A DNA stretch of 64,000 bases from Candidatus Hydrogenedentota bacterium (GTDB lineage Bacteria > Hydrogenedentota > Hydrogenedentia > Hydrogenedentales > SLHB01). Under the pieces are notes generated by a model, which made no database searches, was not told where the DNA came from, and saw only the letters and a list, made by a program, of their open reading frames with translations. The stretch is from the NCBI GenBank assembly GCA_963745075.1, contig CAVUWV010000012.1:32001-96000 (forward strand), written 5' to 3'. The translations under genes were made by a program, and so were the position numbers. Shown in pieces: positions 62,001 to 64,000 of the stretch. The number at the start of each line of letters is the position of its first letter. Position 1 is the stretch's first letter.

Positions 62001-62388
62001 CGTTGACGTCAATTCGGAGTTTCGGCGGGGAGCCGGCATGGGTGTCGGCAAGGTCCACGACCAGCGAGCATTCGCCGTCCGACACGACCCGATCCAGGCC
62101 GAAGTAGATGGTAAACGTGTGCAGTTTACCGCCGGCCCACGCGTCGCTCGGACCGGGATGCACGTAGGGCCAATCGGTGCCGGGATCGGACTGGCCTACG
62201 AGAAAGACGGGTTCTCCGCGGGACGAATCATATTGGTCGTAGTGATTGGGTGCATACGCGAACTCTGCGGTGTCGTTGTCCGCCTTGCCGATTTCCCACA
62301 ATGTCTTTTCTGCCGCGTAGGCCGACAGGAGGGGACCGCACAGCACAATTACCGCCAGAAACGTCCACGAAGAATAGCACTTAAACAT
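59043..62388 (-). CDS. GH38 alpha-mannosidase-like protein with N-terminal lyase/CBM-like domain (about 5 frameshifts)
   Basis: Signal peptide from ATG 62388; HHTHLDIGY; DVPGYTWG; DNGPP; GDFTPYWEDG; YDEHTWG; MNNYWETNYKA. Frame changes near 61185, 60745, 60335, 60270 and 59743. Confidence 0.85.
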
Positions 62389-62421
62389 TCGATGCCCCCC
62401 TTGATGCGCGTGCCGCCGCTG

Positions 62422-62448
62422 CAGGATACGATTTATTAGCGTATCCTG
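62422..62448. promoter_or_regulatory. Perfect inverted repeat upstream of the carbohydrate operon
   Basis: CAGGATACG-N9-CGTATCCTG, about 34 bp upstream of ATG 62388. Confidence 0.45.
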
Positions 62449-62723
62449 AGGACGTTTCCGCAACCAGCCCTGATAGCCGAACCGAGACCGGATCACCTCT
62501 TCCGTTCCCCCAACGTCAGTCTACCAAATTCCCCTACGTCGGGCGACACGGCATGGTCTCCTATGCACAAAGCATGGAATCATACCGACAGGTGGCGAAT
62601 GGAGACTGACGGAACGGCGAGAGCAAAAGGGGCGCGCACTGCAAGACGCGAGCCGACGCATCACTCCCGGATGAACGACCCTGCCATCCGGGAGCGACAC
62701 GCCGACGATACGGTGAAACGAGA

Positions 62724-63477
62724 TTACGATTGTGCGTTGGCGGACTTTGCCCGTTGGTAAGCTGCCTCAAAAATAGGGACCGGGAACACGTACTCAAAAC
62801 ACCGGTTGCCGAGCATCATCGGCTGAATCGATTCGGGATGGGTGCGCGCAACGTCACGTATCAGATGACGAACCAGGTTCTGATGTTTGAACGTCTTCCA
62901 CTGCATGGAACTCGCCGAACTCACAGGCATCGCTTGGAAATCCGACCCTTTTGGACACCGTCAGAAGCGATTCGGAAATCCATGGGGTCAATCCTTCAAA
63001 GAGGTAGAGCGCACCCAAGTAGGCGAACGGATCCATCCGTGTGGCCGCGTAGTTCCAGAACGACGCGACGGCGCACGCCGACGGGCTCATGTTGATCTTA
63101 TCGGTACGTGATTCATCCCCGTCGAGAGCGAGAAAATCCCGTCTCGCCATCAGGCCATGATCGAATTCGTCTGCCTGATGCACGAGCATACTTTGAATCA
63201 GTTTTGGCGACACCGCTCGCGGCAGCCTGCCGATCGCGGAAATCGCGCCGGAGATCGCATCTTCCTGATACCAGACTATCTCCAGGTACACTTCGCGTAT
63301 GATGGAAATCAGGTTGTTGCGGTCCACGTTCTCCGCCGTCATCACTGACCAGGCTTCAGTCGAAATCAGCCGGTTCATAATATTCTGGATCCGCTCGTCA
63401 AGCCAATCCAAAAACCGGTCTGCATCGGGTATGGTCTCATTCAAGTTTGTTGATTCGATTCCCGTGGTAACTGCCAT
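62724..63477 (-). CDS. Heme-oxygenase-like (TenA/PqqC/CADD fold) di-metal oxidase (one frameshift ~62890)
   Basis: HQADEFDH, YLGALYLFEG, FHAVEDV(K)H after removing one T; all-helical, about 250 aa. Confidence 0.75.
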
Positions 63478-63521
63478 GGCTGTGTCCCTTCTGTTTTCGT
63501 TTTTGCCAAGATTGGCGCTGC

Positions 63522-64000
63522 TTAAACTAATGATTGATTGCCGGAGTTGTTGCGGTGTGCTTCCAGCACCTTGTAAAGCGGCGATCCGCAGGCTGTGAGG
63601 TGATCTGCATCTAGGCACGAGAGCCGCATAATGTCCACGTCGCCGTATTCGGGATGGGAAACCATGCCCATCGGCACGAACCCCAGTTTCTGGAAAAACG
63701 CGACGAGGTGGGCGTTGCAGTCGATGTAGCAATGGACGTTGCGGTTTTCCACGCCGAACTGATAGATGGCAAGGGCGAGGTCGAGCCCCAGGCGCGTGGA
63801 TCGTTTGTGCCTGGCGACCATCAGCCGCGTGACGATGCTCGTTGTCTCTTCGTCAAAATCCGGATGGGCTCGACACCCATAGAGATTTACGTACTCGTCC
63901 AACCCGCCGTCCCGCGTAAAATTGACGCGCACGGTTCCCACGATCTCGTTATTCTCCCAGGCGGCGAGCACATGCCCCGTGGGCTCGAGGGGATCGCAGA
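63522..64000 (-). CDS. GNAT family N-acyltransferase, N-acyl amino acid synthase (FeeM)-like (5' end outside the window)
   Basis: LAAWENNEIVGTVRVN; VTRLMVARHKR; IDCNAHLVAFFQKLGF. Confidence 0.75.
   Translation of the reverse strand, partial: CDPLEPTGHVLAAWENNEIVGTVRVNFTRDGGLDEYVNLYGCRAHPDFDEETTSIVTRLMVARHKRSTRLGLDLALAIYQFGVENRNVHCYIDCNAHLVAFFQKLGFVPMGMVSHPEYGDVDIMRLSCLDADHLTACGSPLYKVLEAHRNNSGNQSLV

Noticed and set aside
1..64000. tRNA, rRNA, integrase or transposase genes
   Set aside because: None was recognised by eye; a covariance-model scan would be needed to exclude small RNAs.

Overview
This is a GC-rich bacterial window. Its gene content (DUF1501/DUF1549-1553 cluster, SBBP surface protein, many secreted glycosidases) suggests a PVC-like or Hydrogenedentes-like organism; that is inference only. 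From left to right it holds: a DUF1501 / DUF1549-DUF1553 / cytochrome-WD40-PPC operon; two ATPase-less MshEN (T2SSE_N) proteins flanking a long coiled-coil/TM/LRR protein; a small caspase-fold protein; a truncated globin; and tamA-tamB. Next is the best candidate for an undescribed system, a ~16 kb co-oriented locus (24193-40139). It encodes a giant anchored SBBP/C13-peptidase protein, an FHA-domain enhancer-binding protein with GSHDKA in place of GAFTGA, a consensus sigma54 promoter, a 54-aa ORF, a membrane Ser/Thr kinase with TPR and CsgG-like domains, a TPR/Ig/CsgG-like lipoprotein, a FadL/PorV-like barrel and a 71-aa amphipathic peptide. The right half holds carbohydrate-active enzymes, ppc, gene remnants, four copies of a ~215-bp double-hairpin MITE-like element (three with intact TA-flanked ends), and the end of a GNAT plus heme-oxygenase-like oxidase cluster. 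About 11 single-base frameshifts, mostly in short homopolymers, look like long-read errors rather than pseudogenes. All family calls come from reading motifs by eye; no database searches were run.
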